64,000 bases of DNA from positions 806,001-870,000 of the forward strand of contig CP089277.1 of assembly GCA_023920165.1 (NCBI GenBank). Direction: 5' to 3'. The position numbers were made by a program, and so were the translations under genes. Shown piece by piece: positions 51,107 through 61,508 of this stretch. This DNA comes from Curvularia clavata. Its lineage: Eukaryota. Each line of letters begins with the position of its first letter. Within the stretch, counting starts at the first letter, position 1. A model generated the notes under the pieces. That model did not search any database, was not told the origin of the DNA, and worked only from the letters and a program-made list of their open reading frames with translations.

Positions 51107-53021
51107 ATGGAGGAAAATAAAATTACACTCGGACGTTACATGTGGGAACGCATTCACCAATTAGGTGTCGACACAATCTTCGGTGTACCAGGCGACTTCA
51201 ACCTTCAGTTTCTCGACTACATTTTCCACGTCGATGGCCTGAAATGGAACGGCAACCAGAACGAGCTGAATGCAGCTTATGCTGCCGATGGCTATGCACG
51301 CATCAAGAATATCCCCGGATGTTTCGTTACTACTCACGGTGTTGGCGAACTGAGTGCGCTGAATGGTATTGCGGGCAGCATGTCCGAGAACGTTAAGGTC
51401 ATACATGTCGTTGGACAGACTACGCGAGCTATGCAGAAGAATCATATGATGATCCATCATAGCATCGGCATGAAGCCGAACCATCAAGTATACAACAAGG
51501 CTAGTGAGGGGCTGCGATATGCGGCTGCAGAACTTTGGGACGTTGAAACTGCACCAAGCGAGATTGATCGTGTCCTCCGAGAATGCGTGCTCAAGAGCGG
51601 ACCGGTTTACATTTTCTTGCCCTTGGATCTGAGTGCCGAGCTCGTAGACAAAAGCTTGCTGGACAAGAAGCTTGACCTGGCTCCGCAGATTGATGTACAA
51701 GCACAGGAAAAGGCCATCAAAGCTATTACCGATGCGATAGCAGAGGCCAAACAGCCGACTGTTCTGATAGACGTACTTGCACACCGATTTGGTGCAGCAA
51801 AGGAAGCGCAGAAGGTAGTCAAAATGCTCGACGTGCCCTTCTTCTCGTCGATAATGGGCAAGGGTATTGTCGACGAGACAGAAGAGAAATATGTTGGCGT
51901 ATGGAACGGCGAGATTAGCACTCCTGGCGTCAAGGAAGTTGCAAAAGCTGCTGATCTGGTAATCACACTGGGATACCTCCCATGCGATACAAACACTGCA
52001 GGTTTCTCCAGGCAACTGGATGAAAAGAAGACAATACACATCAACGCCTTTGATGTCGTTGTAAGTCTATCTGCTTCCACCACCTTTTTCTCCCGGCCCA
52101 CTATCTGTGACTAACACCAAAAAATTAGGTCAAGGGCACATCGTACCCTTCCACCTTCATGCAGCCGCTATTGGCCGCTCTAGCTACCACTCTCCCTTCA
52201 CCGGCCCAACACTCGATACCCAAGCCACAGCTACCTCCTCTTCGCACCCCTCTTGATGCAGACGCCAAGCACCTAACCCAATCTTGGCTTTGGCCTACGG
52301 TGCAAGACTTCCTCAAGTCCGGTGATATCATCATTAGTGAAACAGGCACCTCGAATTTCGGAATCGGCGACACCACATTCCCCAAGGACGTTACCCTCGT
52401 GACGCAAATCTACTACGGCAGTATTGGCTTTGCTACTGCGGCGACTCTGGGCGTTGACGTGGCGCGGAGGGAGCTCGAGGCAGCGAACAAGCGCAGCAAG
52501 GGAAGAACGATACTGTTCACGGGTGATGGATCCATGGCTTTGACGATCCAAGAGGTCGGTACTATGATCAAGTCACAGTGTAAGGCCGTGTTGTTTGTGA
52601 TTAACAACGAGGGCTATACAATTGAGAGGCTGATCTGGGGTGCTCGACAACGTATGTATCTCCTCTCCCCTTTTCAATCATTTCTAACATTCGGGACCCA
52701 GCGTATAACGACATTGTCCCACACAACTACGCCCACCTCCTCCCACTCTACCACCACCCCGACCCAGCCTCATCTTTTCATCGTGCAACGACAAAAGAAG
52801 AACTCACCGCTATCCTTGCCAAACCTCAGGTCCAGCAGCCCGAGAACTTGCAGCTAGTAGAATTGGTGCTGGATAAGCTAGACACGAGCTGGAAGCTCGG
52901 AACGACGCTGGCGTGGAGGAGCGAAGAGCACAAGGAGTATCTGACGAGAGAAGGGTTTGTAGATACGTATGGCGGATGGGGTCTCGATGGCAAGGCGGGT
53001 GGAAGCGTGAAGTGGAGTTGA
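51107..53021 (+). CDS. ThDP-dependent 2-oxo-acid decarboxylase (pyruvate/phenylpyruvate/indolepyruvate decarboxylase family). Introns 52061-52129, 52652-52700
   Basis: FGVPGDFN, NELNAAYAADGYAR, GVGELSA, HH motif, ThDP motif GDGS...NNEGYTIER. The spliced frame ends at TGA 53021. Confidence 0.92.
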
Positions 53022-53260
53022 ACGTCCCCGACTGTTTCCTTGAATCATATATCCCTCTCATACATCGAGTTTTGAGTCTCTATAAACTAGTTCGCTGGGG
53101 GGCGGCCTGCCGTTCTTTTTTGTGATACATGTTATAGACCAATCGCCGCAGGCGAGTTACAAAGTAGAACAAAATGAAATACACCAGTACAGAACTACAA
53201 ATAGAACTGTTCCCCGTCATCTAAGGTCCTCTCTTCCTTCCCCGAAATGCCAAGCCCAAA

Positions 53261-53707
53261 TCAAGCAAACACTGCAATCAAGCAAAACCACACCACACAA
53301 AGCTCATACACAACCAGCGGCGTCTTGTCCCAAGCCGCCATGACAGCTGCGAACCCACATCGCAAGGGTATCGTACTCGCCATCATCTTCCGGTTCCCCT
53401 GTGCCGTGAAAACAAACTGGTACCATCCCACTGCTATTGTGCCCAGGCCTTGATTTCGCACCAATAACGTTAGCAAGCCGCCATTTGAATGTTGCAGATC
53501 TATAGCGATACGTGATGGGGGTGGGGAATCAAACATATGGTAAGGAGAAGGAGATTTACCGATCAATTGCAATGCTTGATCTGGGGCCTCTACACCGGTG
53601 ATGGCGGCGTATTCTTCGACGTTGAGGAAGCTGTATGCGCCGAGGGCTATATTAACGAGGGATTGAAGGATGAGCATGAGGCGGGCGAGTCGGGATAAGG
53701 GCGACAT
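53261..53707 (-). CDS. Small multi-pass membrane protein (about 111 aa spliced). Intron 53559-53449
   Basis: Three to four hydrophobic segments. GTAAAT...GCTAAC...AAG intron of 111 nt. Confidence 0.7.
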   Translation of the reverse strand: MSPLSRLARLMLILQSLVNIALGAYSFLNVEEYAAITGVEAPDQALQLIGKSPSPYHMFDSPPPSRIAIDLQHSNGGLLTLLVRNQGLGTIAVGWYQFVFTAQGNRKMMASTIPLRCGFAAVMAAWDKTPLVVYELCVVWFCLIAVFA

Positions 53708-54310
53708 TTTTTTCCTGCTCTTACTGACTCCTGGTTTTGTATACGTGGGTTCGGATATGTAAGGTGTATCAATGCGTTGATGGAGATGTGGTGTAGAGGT
53801 GTGATGTAGTCAGGATGTTGATGGTGATGTTTGATAGGAAGGTGGGTACATTGCTAGGGAAATAAGCGACTAGGCTTTTCACAGACATTGCAGGTCTCGG
53901 CTTGGGTTGTCACCACTCGTGCTGGCGCCAATTACTTGGGTGAGCTAGCAACGCAGGTCTGACACAAGAAGAAAACCCATGAACTCTCGTTCAATTGGGT
54001 GTCACTACTAGTTACTGTCATACAGCACAAGACAGACTCACTCAGAGAAACGAGCGGGACACCAAATGTTGAGACAGAGAACACAAAAGCGTGTATTAAC
54101 AGTATTCGTATGTAAATTACAAGCTGTGTAAGTTCGTGATGAAACAAAAACGCTCATTTGAATGCAATGTAATGCCATACCCAACAAGTCAGCCAAAAAC
54201 AAAAGGGCTGACGTTAACAGAGAAAAGACGCTAGAAAGTGCTTTAGTTTCGCTCGCCAGCGATGTGAACAAAGTGTTGTACAAGAATAAGGTAAGAAGAA
54301 CATAAAATGG

Positions 54311-55435
54311 TTATGCGCCCAGCGCTGTCAGCCTGCTCTTGATATCCGTTGGTCTCATCATCTGATTGATGACGACGCTGGACATGGCTCCCATGCTGAC
54401 CAGGGAGACATATCCCGGTGCAACCTCGTTCGCCAGTACTTCAACACATTTCATTGCTTCGTCTTTTGAGATGGGAGTTCGGATAGAGCCCTGCAAGGCT
54501 TGCAGAAGCGCCGTCGTGGAGAAAGAAACGCGAGATCCGGGCTTGCTGGCACACAGAAGGGAGAGAACGCCGAGAACCTCTGGTGTGCGTTGGAGTGCTG
54601 CTCTTCGTTGCAGCTCAGCAGGAGTAGGGGCAGCGGGTCCAGCTTTTGCGGCCTCTTGTTTGGCGAGAATGCGGTCAAGAAGATTGGTTTTGCGAACAGC
54701 AGCAAACTCGGTGATCTTTGCTTGCACGGGCTCCGCCTGTTGGGTTTGGCCTGGCGCAGACTCATTTTCTTTTCCTGCTGATGGTCTTGTCTTTTTCTGT
54801 GCTCGTCCTTGTTGAACACTCTCCTTGAATTCCCTCAACCGCTTGCGTCCTTTTTCTTGTGATGGTACGAGCGCAGTAAGTGACTCGCATGTGGTGACCT
54901 CGGCAAGAGGAAGTTGGCTGAGGAATTTCGAAATGGAGGCGTCATCCAGGAAAGTCTCCATGGTTGCCTGCTTAACGTCGGTCTTCTTAGGGCGCCCTCG
55001 TCCGCGTTTGGGTACGGCGATAGGTCGAGAGAGCATCTTCTGTGATGTGCACCATTGCGACCACAGAGTGTCCAAGCCCTCCTTGAACATTTCCTGCAGG
55101 CCTTGTTCATTCATATGCGTCATTCCGTTCATCATTGGGCTATTGTCTTTGATCTCGATGCAAATCTTGCCACGGCCATAGTCGGAGAGATAGTATGGGT
55201 TGTTGGCGCCGGAAGGGCCCTGATCGAGGATGCCGATGAGCAGTCGGATGTCATCGTACGTAACTTTGCGCTGGCGCCATACCAGCGTAGTGGATGCGGT
55301 CAAGGCCTGAAGATCTGCGGGTGTAGAGACGCCATTGTGTGCATAGTGCAACGAGAGAGCAGTCAGGAAGGACGAATGGAGCGCGAGAAGGTTGACGAGC
55401 TCGGCCGGGAGCTGGCCGGGAGCAATGGGCGACAT
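54311..55435 (-). CDS. CDT1: DNA replication licensing factor Cdt1-like
   Basis: 374 aa with LHSSFLTALSLHYAH, LSDYGRGKICIE, LLDRILAKQ and a winged-helix-like C-terminus (ISKDEAMKCVEVLA..APGYV), typical of Pezizomycotina Cdt1-like proteins as I recall them. MCB-like elements lie upstream. Confidence 0.65.
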   Translation of the reverse strand: MSPIAPGQLPAELVNLLALHSSFLTALSLHYAHNGVSTPADLQALTASTTLVWRQRKVTYDDIRLLIGILDQGPSGANNPYYLSDYGRGKICIEIKDNSPMMNGMTHMNEQGLQEMFKEGLDTLWSQWCTSQKMLSRPIAVPKRGRGRPKKTDVKQATMETFLDDASISKFLSQLPLAEVTTCESLTALVPSQEKGRKRLREFKESVQQGRAQKKTRPSAGKENESAPGQTQQAEPVQAKITEFAAVRKTNLLDRILAKQEAAKAGPAAPTPAELQRRAALQRTPEVLGVLSLLCASKPGSRVSFSTTALLQALQGSIRTPISKDEAMKCVEVLANEVAPGYVSLVSMGAMSSVVINQMMRPTDIKSRLTALGA

Positions 55436-55590
55436 TGTTGAAGACGGGCGTGGGAATGATACAGCAGTGGGATATCTGGAACAATGTCGATAAGAAGTAT
55501 GGATGTGCGGATATCGTGTGGTCTGCTGTGGAGGGGAGTGTAGAATAGCGAAGGGGAGGGAAGGGTAGAAGAGGAGAGGTTACGCTCGAC

Positions 55591-55622
55591 GACGCGCTAC
55601 GCGTGCGCGTTCGTGTCGCGTT
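55591..55622 (-). promoter_or_regulatory. MCB-like (ACGCGT/CGCG) cluster upstream of the Cdt1-like gene
   Basis: gacgcgctACGCGTgcgcgttcgtgtcgcgtt about 160 bp upstream of the ATG; further ACGCG cores near 55715 and 55811. Confidence 0.6.
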
Positions 55623-55980
55623 CTCTCGCCCCACTCATTTGAAACCCGAATAAGCCATTGCCCCGCCCCACGGCAACGCATGAACCATTCATTCTTCTAG
55701 GCTCGCGGATAGTGACGCGCAGAGCTAGACGTTATTTCATGACGTGCAGCAAATCCTTCGTCGATGCTAACCCAAACGTCATACAGCCTGTTCCTCACTT
55801 AATAGTAGAGACGCGAACCACGGCAGGACAACCAATAACAATGCGCGGGTATTACATTATGCTACTGAGATGAGGAACTGACGCCCATGTACTCCAATGC
55901 CTATGCAAATGCCAGAAGCAGTCTTCTGCTCTCGTCTGATCATACTGTCTTTTCGGAAATAGTGCGCACATGTATCGTGC

Positions 55981-56533
55981 TTACTTGCTGCCGCCGAACC
56001 ATCCGCCAAACCAGCCGCTCGCCTTCGCGGCCTTGTCCTCGACAACAGCATCGAACTTGTTCGCAGCTGCGTTGACTTGCTTGCCCGCCTGGTGGAACTC
56101 TTGCTCGGCGAGCGCCTTCGCATGCTCGTACTGCTTCTTTGCGTCAGCACTATAAGCATCAAGCCTCTTCTCAAGCCTGTTCGCCTCGGCCTTAGCTTGG
56201 TCGGCCTGGTCCATATTAGCACAGTGTCGCGAAGAAGCAGCGACTGTTCCACACATACGTATTGCTGTGCTGTAGCGCGAACTGCCTCGTATCCCTCCTC
56301 GCCGGCCTTCTTCGCTTCTTTGTCCTGGCCAGGATAGTCGCCTCTCAGCCTGCGCGCAGCAGTCGCAGCATCGTCTATATAGCGGTCAGCTTGTGCCATA
56401 CCCAAACCAACGCCCAATACATACGTTCAGCCTTCTTCTCGGCAAGCTTCGGGTCGCCTCCAGCGCTGTAGAGGTAGTAGGTGGCACCACCAAGCGCGGC
56501 AAGACCACCGTAGGTTACGAATCGGCGAGACAT
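55981..56533 (-). CDS. Small Ala/Lys-rich helical (LEA-like) protein with N-terminal hydrophobic anchor. Introns 56424-56375, 56258-56206
   Basis: Spliced MSRRFVTYGGLAALGGATYYLYSAGGDPK...KAAKASGWFGGWFGGSK. Two canonical introns keep the frame. Confidence 0.8.
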
Positions 56534-57109
56534 GTTTGATGAAATTGTTGGTTTTCTTTCTGGTGAGAAATTGGTTGAGTTGAAGAGGAGTAAGCTGTGA
56601 GAATTTCAAATCGAAAACGAAGAGCCAGCCATGTTAAGAGAGGGGAAGCCTTTCAAGGCAGTTGCAGCTGTGACGTAATTGCTGCGCAGTTGGACATCCA
56701 ACCACGCGTGCGAACTAGATCGCCAAACTAGTCAACTCCCCGAAGAGCATCATGGCTGCCGTGACCCACATGCAATTCTCATCTCGTCGTTGCTTTTTTT
56801 ATATAAACCTACCATAGTTTTGACGCAGCTCTAGAGTGACTTGTGCTTTTAGTGGTGCTGTATCTAGCATTGTTAGGGTGCGCATTGTCTAGCCCGCGAA
56901 CCCCTAATACGTCAATCGCACCCATCCACGACAACCAGCGACACACTACCAGCCGTTACTCATCTCCTGCTGCTAAAGCATTGGACCTTCCTCCGGCCGC
57001 CTAGACACAGCGTGCCGCGCCTGTCTGACCAGATCGACCTCATGTCTCGACGATAGCGTCGGCGCTCGCCTTCGACCTCGTCCTGCCCATACATACCACG
57101 CTCGACAGC

Positions 57110-58194
57110 ATGGCTGATCAACCAATATCCCTCGTCGACCACACAAATGGCGACAACACGCCTTCGACGACGGTCACACAATCCGAGCAGCAGCCCACGA
57201 ACGAGAGCTCCCACATTGACGTCCTCTACGAGAACCAGCGCGGCTGGTTCGTGTTCGGCATACCACTCTTCTCATCCAAGGCGCTATGGAACTTGAGAAT
57301 CGATCCTGCGCCCTGGCAAGACGCAAAGTTCAGGCCCTCGGCTGTCAACATCACAAACGCCCAGGTGCCCGATCCGAGCTGGGTATGGGATTGGAAGACC
57401 TGGTATGTCGACATGAGTCTGGACGTCGATGAGGAGGGATGGCAATACAATCTCCTCTTCAAGGGCTCCGCGTGGCATGGCAACCATCCGTGGTTTCACA
57501 GTTTCGTCCGGCGGCGGCGCTGGTTGCGAAGACGTGTCAAACAGAGGCTGCCACCAAAAACTAAGTCGAACGCAAACGAGCGTATGTTTGGCGAAGCTTT
57601 CAGCATCGGCACTACTCTGGCTAGATCTACAACATTTGGCACTGGCAGCGGTCTGTTGGACAGCTCTCAACCCAGTTTGGACGAGGAAATCAGGGACATT
57701 GCGACATTGATGAGGAAGCTGAAAGCGGCTGCCATCGACCGCGAGAAGATTGTTTATATACACAGATTTATTAATGATGGGGGTGAGGAACTGTATTATC
57801 TTGCGGAACAGGTATGGGCTCCTAACATACCCTCTTCTCCTTGAACAGTACCTAACATGTGCAGATTCCTGCAATCATGTCCATGCTCATTTTCCAGAAC
57901 TCGCGCCGTCAGCTCCTCTCGACATTGATGGATCGTTTCAATGCTGCAAAGGAACACCGCGAGCAGCACGAGAAAGATGCCAAACCCGAAGGTGAAGCTG
58001 AAGAAAGGCGGATCAACAATCTGCTCAAAGCCGTTGAGGCAGCAGATAATGAGTGCAAGAAGCTTGAATACTGGAGCGATATAAAGAACCTTACCGAGGA
58101 AGGCAAAGCAGGCAATGCAACAGACCCAAGCATGGGTTGGGACGAGAAATGGCAGGGGCTTGATGTTAGTGGGGCGAGTTATCCTGGTAAATGA
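57110..58194 (+). CDS. Dysferlin-domain protein, Mug65/Spo73-like. Intron 57812-57864
   Basis: IDVLYENQRG, DPAPW, VPDPSWVWDWKTWYVDM..DVDEEGWQY and FVRRRRWLRRR form the DysF signature. Confidence 0.8.
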
Positions 58195-58335
58195 GGACCA
58201 GGGGCATAGACTGGAGTTCATCGGAGTCGATGCATTATTAGCGGAACATACGGCGGAGTTGACATTCGGCGTTGATGGGAGCCTTGGCGACTTCAACGTA
58301 GCAGCATACCTATGTTGTTGTGCTTAGGATGAATA

Positions 58336-58656
58336 TCATTGCATGATTCCTTGCTGAGCTGCGTCTTTCATCTTTCTCACACGGATCGGACCTCTGATGT
58401 CTTCCAAGCTCTCTGCGACTACCACCTCCCCTTTCTGCATGACTTCAACTTCACCAGCCACGCGCTTTTCCCACAATACCAGCCGTATACTGTCCATGGC
58501 ATCTCTCCATGCTGCTGCATTCAATGTTTCCAGTTCCGCATCTGACAATGCGCGTGCGATCTCGGAAGGGCAGATCGTTTTGGGCCAAGCCCGTGTGCTT
58601 AGCAGACGATCGGCGTGATGTAGAATAAGCCCGCGCTGGGTGTCATTCAGAGGCAT
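58336..58656 (-). CDS. DUF3253-like small winged-helix protein
   Basis: 106 aa with PKTICPSEIAR...WRDAM...QKGE...IRGPIRVR, matching the recalled DUF3253 pattern. Confidence 0.75.
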   Translation of the reverse strand: MPLNDTQRGLILHHADRLLSTRAWPKTICPSEIARALSDAELETLNAAAWRDAMDSIRLVLWEKRVAGEVEVMQKGEVVVAESLEDIRGPIRVRKMKDAAQQGIMQ

Positions 58657-59011
58657 TGTTACAATGTTTATTGACGGTGTTTGTATGATATATAAAACCC
58701 TGGTGGTTATCGACAGGGATGTTGACGTGCAGTAGAAAGCCTCACGAGGCAGTCGCGATGTCGATGTTCAGACGCAATGTGCTCGCTAGATCTTGATCTC
58801 AGCTCCGCCGATCTACACCAAGCTCCCGAACAGCTTCCGCCGCTGAGCCAATTCTTCAACATCGGAGCGCCGAATCGGCGCGCAGAAACAAGCAAAATAA
58901 CCCGACAACGTTTTTGTTTCGCGCGCCTCCCCTCCTGCGAACCGAATCTGCCGGCATAATTACTAAATCAATTGGCGTTTCGTTGATTTGCTGTCTATCT
59001 TGGTCGTCGTT

Positions 59012-60092
59012 ATGCCGCACCGGCTACCCCACGCCCTCCGAGAGCTAGTTGCCGCGGGGCAGCTTCTCTCTCCTTCGACGCGCCTCTTATCAAGCTCGTC
59101 TCTCCCTTCAAAATCTTTTCCGATTTCTCCACTGCTTAGCCGGGCTTCGTCGCGATCCTGTCATACCGCGTCGTCTATTCCTAAACTCCAAGCAACTACT
59201 ACAGCCCAGCCTCTCCAGACCAAGCGACAATATTCCTGGCCCACGATGACTGGAAGCGAAGGTCCCAAGGAGGTTCGCAAGTACCTCCAGCAGAGCCATG
59301 ACCGCATCTTCGAGAACAACAAAAAGTGGGCGGACGAGATGAAGAAGAAGAACCCATCGTTCTTTGACAACCTGAGCGCTGGTCAAGCACCAGAGTATCT
59401 CTGGATTGGTGAGTCAACTTTGTGAGGGTTCGCAGGATCGCTCGAAGAAAGTCAGTTGAGCAGTCAATTGGCCATCCAAAATAATTACAGCCGACAAATT
59501 CGCTTCGCGAAACACCTGAATATGCAATGTCGAACAGCTACTAACCGCGGATTCTACAGGCTGCTCCGACTCCCGCATCCCGGCCGAAGCCATCACCGGT
59601 CTTGAACCTGGTGAGATGTTTATCCACCGCAACATTGCCAATCTCGTCAACAACATCGACCTCAACGTAATGTCGGTTGTAAACTACGCCGTCCGTCACC
59701 TCAAGGTCAAGCACATTGTCGTCTGCGGCCACTACGGCTGTGGCGGTGTTAAGGCCGCCATGACACCTCAGGACTTGGGAATCCTGAACCCCTGGTTGCG
59801 AAACATCCGCGATGTATACAGGCTGCACCAGAAGGAGCTTGATGACATCGTTGCCAATGGCGGAAGCGAGGAGGACAAATATAACAGGCTGGTAGAGCTG
59901 AATGTCTACGAGCAGTGCAGGAATGTCATCAAGACAGCAGCTGTACAGCAATCCTGGGCCAAGAACGAGTTCCCAGTCGTCCATGGCTGGGTCTTCGGCT
60001 TCAACGATGGCAGGCTGAAGGATCTCAAGTTTGACCATGAGGGTCAGCTTAAGGAGATCCAGAAGATCTATGACTTGACTCATGAAGGGTAG
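59012..60092 (+). CDS. Beta-class carbonic anhydrase. Intron 59409-59559; in-frame ATGs at 59012 and 59246
   Basis: Zn-binding motifs WIGCSDSR (across the splice junction), HRNIAN and CGHYGCGG; also VHGWVF. Confidence 0.95.
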
Positions 60093-61481
60093 ATGTAGAA
60101 GGCGCGTGTTTGCATGTGTTGGGGCTGCTGTATAAGTAGGTGTGGATTTAGCGAGGAGTTGAGGATGTGATGTCGATCTGAAATGAGATCTATGTGGGAC
60201 GGATAGAAACGCCACACGTTGAATCGAAGAATTTTAATCTACCGCGGAGTTGCTGTGTTTCGAAGAGTATCTCGTTAGGTCTGATTGACTTTTTGAATAC
60301 TGTGCTAATCTCAATCTGGTAAATGTCAAATTCAGAGCAAACTTTGGATAGATAGCAACAGTAGGAGGAAAAAGTAGCAAATCCGGTCGCATATATACTC
60401 GAAACGGCTTCCTGTATCACACTCTCCGTGCGCTTTTGTTTCATTTTTCGTAAGAAGAAAACTATAGCGTTTTTAATAGTCATCTCGTAAAACACAAATA
60501 TGATTCGCCTGACTGACCAAGTCCCGGGGCAAGTCTCAACTATTTCTCTCTTACCTGAAATGCCTTGCCGTAGTCTTAGTTATAGAAAAGCATCTACTTT
60601 CTAACATAGATTCAGGATATACGCATCGTCATCTGTCTTAATCGATTATTCTATGAGCTTTCAACAGATTTTCTTGTAACAAGATATATAGAAACATCTC
60701 TAGTACATTAGCATATCAAGATTTTCACTACCAAAGTCAATTCAAAGACCCTACTCTCAAAACATATCCCCAGTTTCAAGCACATTCTACCATGGATCTG
60801 ACTAATTCACTTGCATCCCTTCTTCTCACAGTCACGAGAGCAAGTGCAGTAGTGAATTCAGCATAGATGTCTTTTTACTGTGCAGTCACTGTTGCGATGT
60901 ATATCAGGACACTAAGATGAAATAGGTCCTCTTGGCTATTAGCAATAAGGATGTATGTATGTATGTGTTACACGGGGTCCTACGTTAGTGGGAATATACT
61001 TACCTAGCCTCTGTCCGGGTTAGGGCGAAGCCAGTATCTGCGAAGTATACTGTGAGGTAGTTGTCTGGCGATTCGGATGGAATGTGGATGTAACCAAAGA
61101 TAGACAAACCAATTCTATTGGAAGATAGAATAACTAAGTATCAATCTGTGTAAAGAACAACTTATGAGAGAATACTTGAGAGAGTTGACCACAACGAGTG
61201 TAATAGTGAAATCCAACACATTCTTATACCCATTGCTCCCAGTCCTGTCCTCACGGTCCTCATAGAATAACCCTTGCGTCCTCTGAAGTCCCTGAAGACA
61301 CCTAGTCACGTGCGCGTGTGTCCTCACATCTTAGCGTGGTTTTCTGGTCTTGGCCTGAGGCCAATCACGTGATCACCGCCCCGCGGGGATCATTACCTTC
61401 TGACGTGTCGCCCAATGGTCTCCTACCTGCGGCCATCACCAAGGAGAGATCCTTCGTTTGTTACTTGTAACAGTATGTACA

Positions 61482-61508
61482 TATGTATGTATGTATGTAT
61501 GTATGTAT
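61482..61508. repeat. (TATG)n tetranucleotide microsatellite
   Basis: Direct inspection; a shorter copy lies near 60951-60966. Confidence 0.85.

Noticed and set aside
61380..61398. CCGCGGGGATCATTACC resembles the 18S/ITS1 junction (CTGCGGAAGGATCATTA)
   Set aside because: Only about 10 nt match, with no flanking 18S, ITS or 5.8S sequence.
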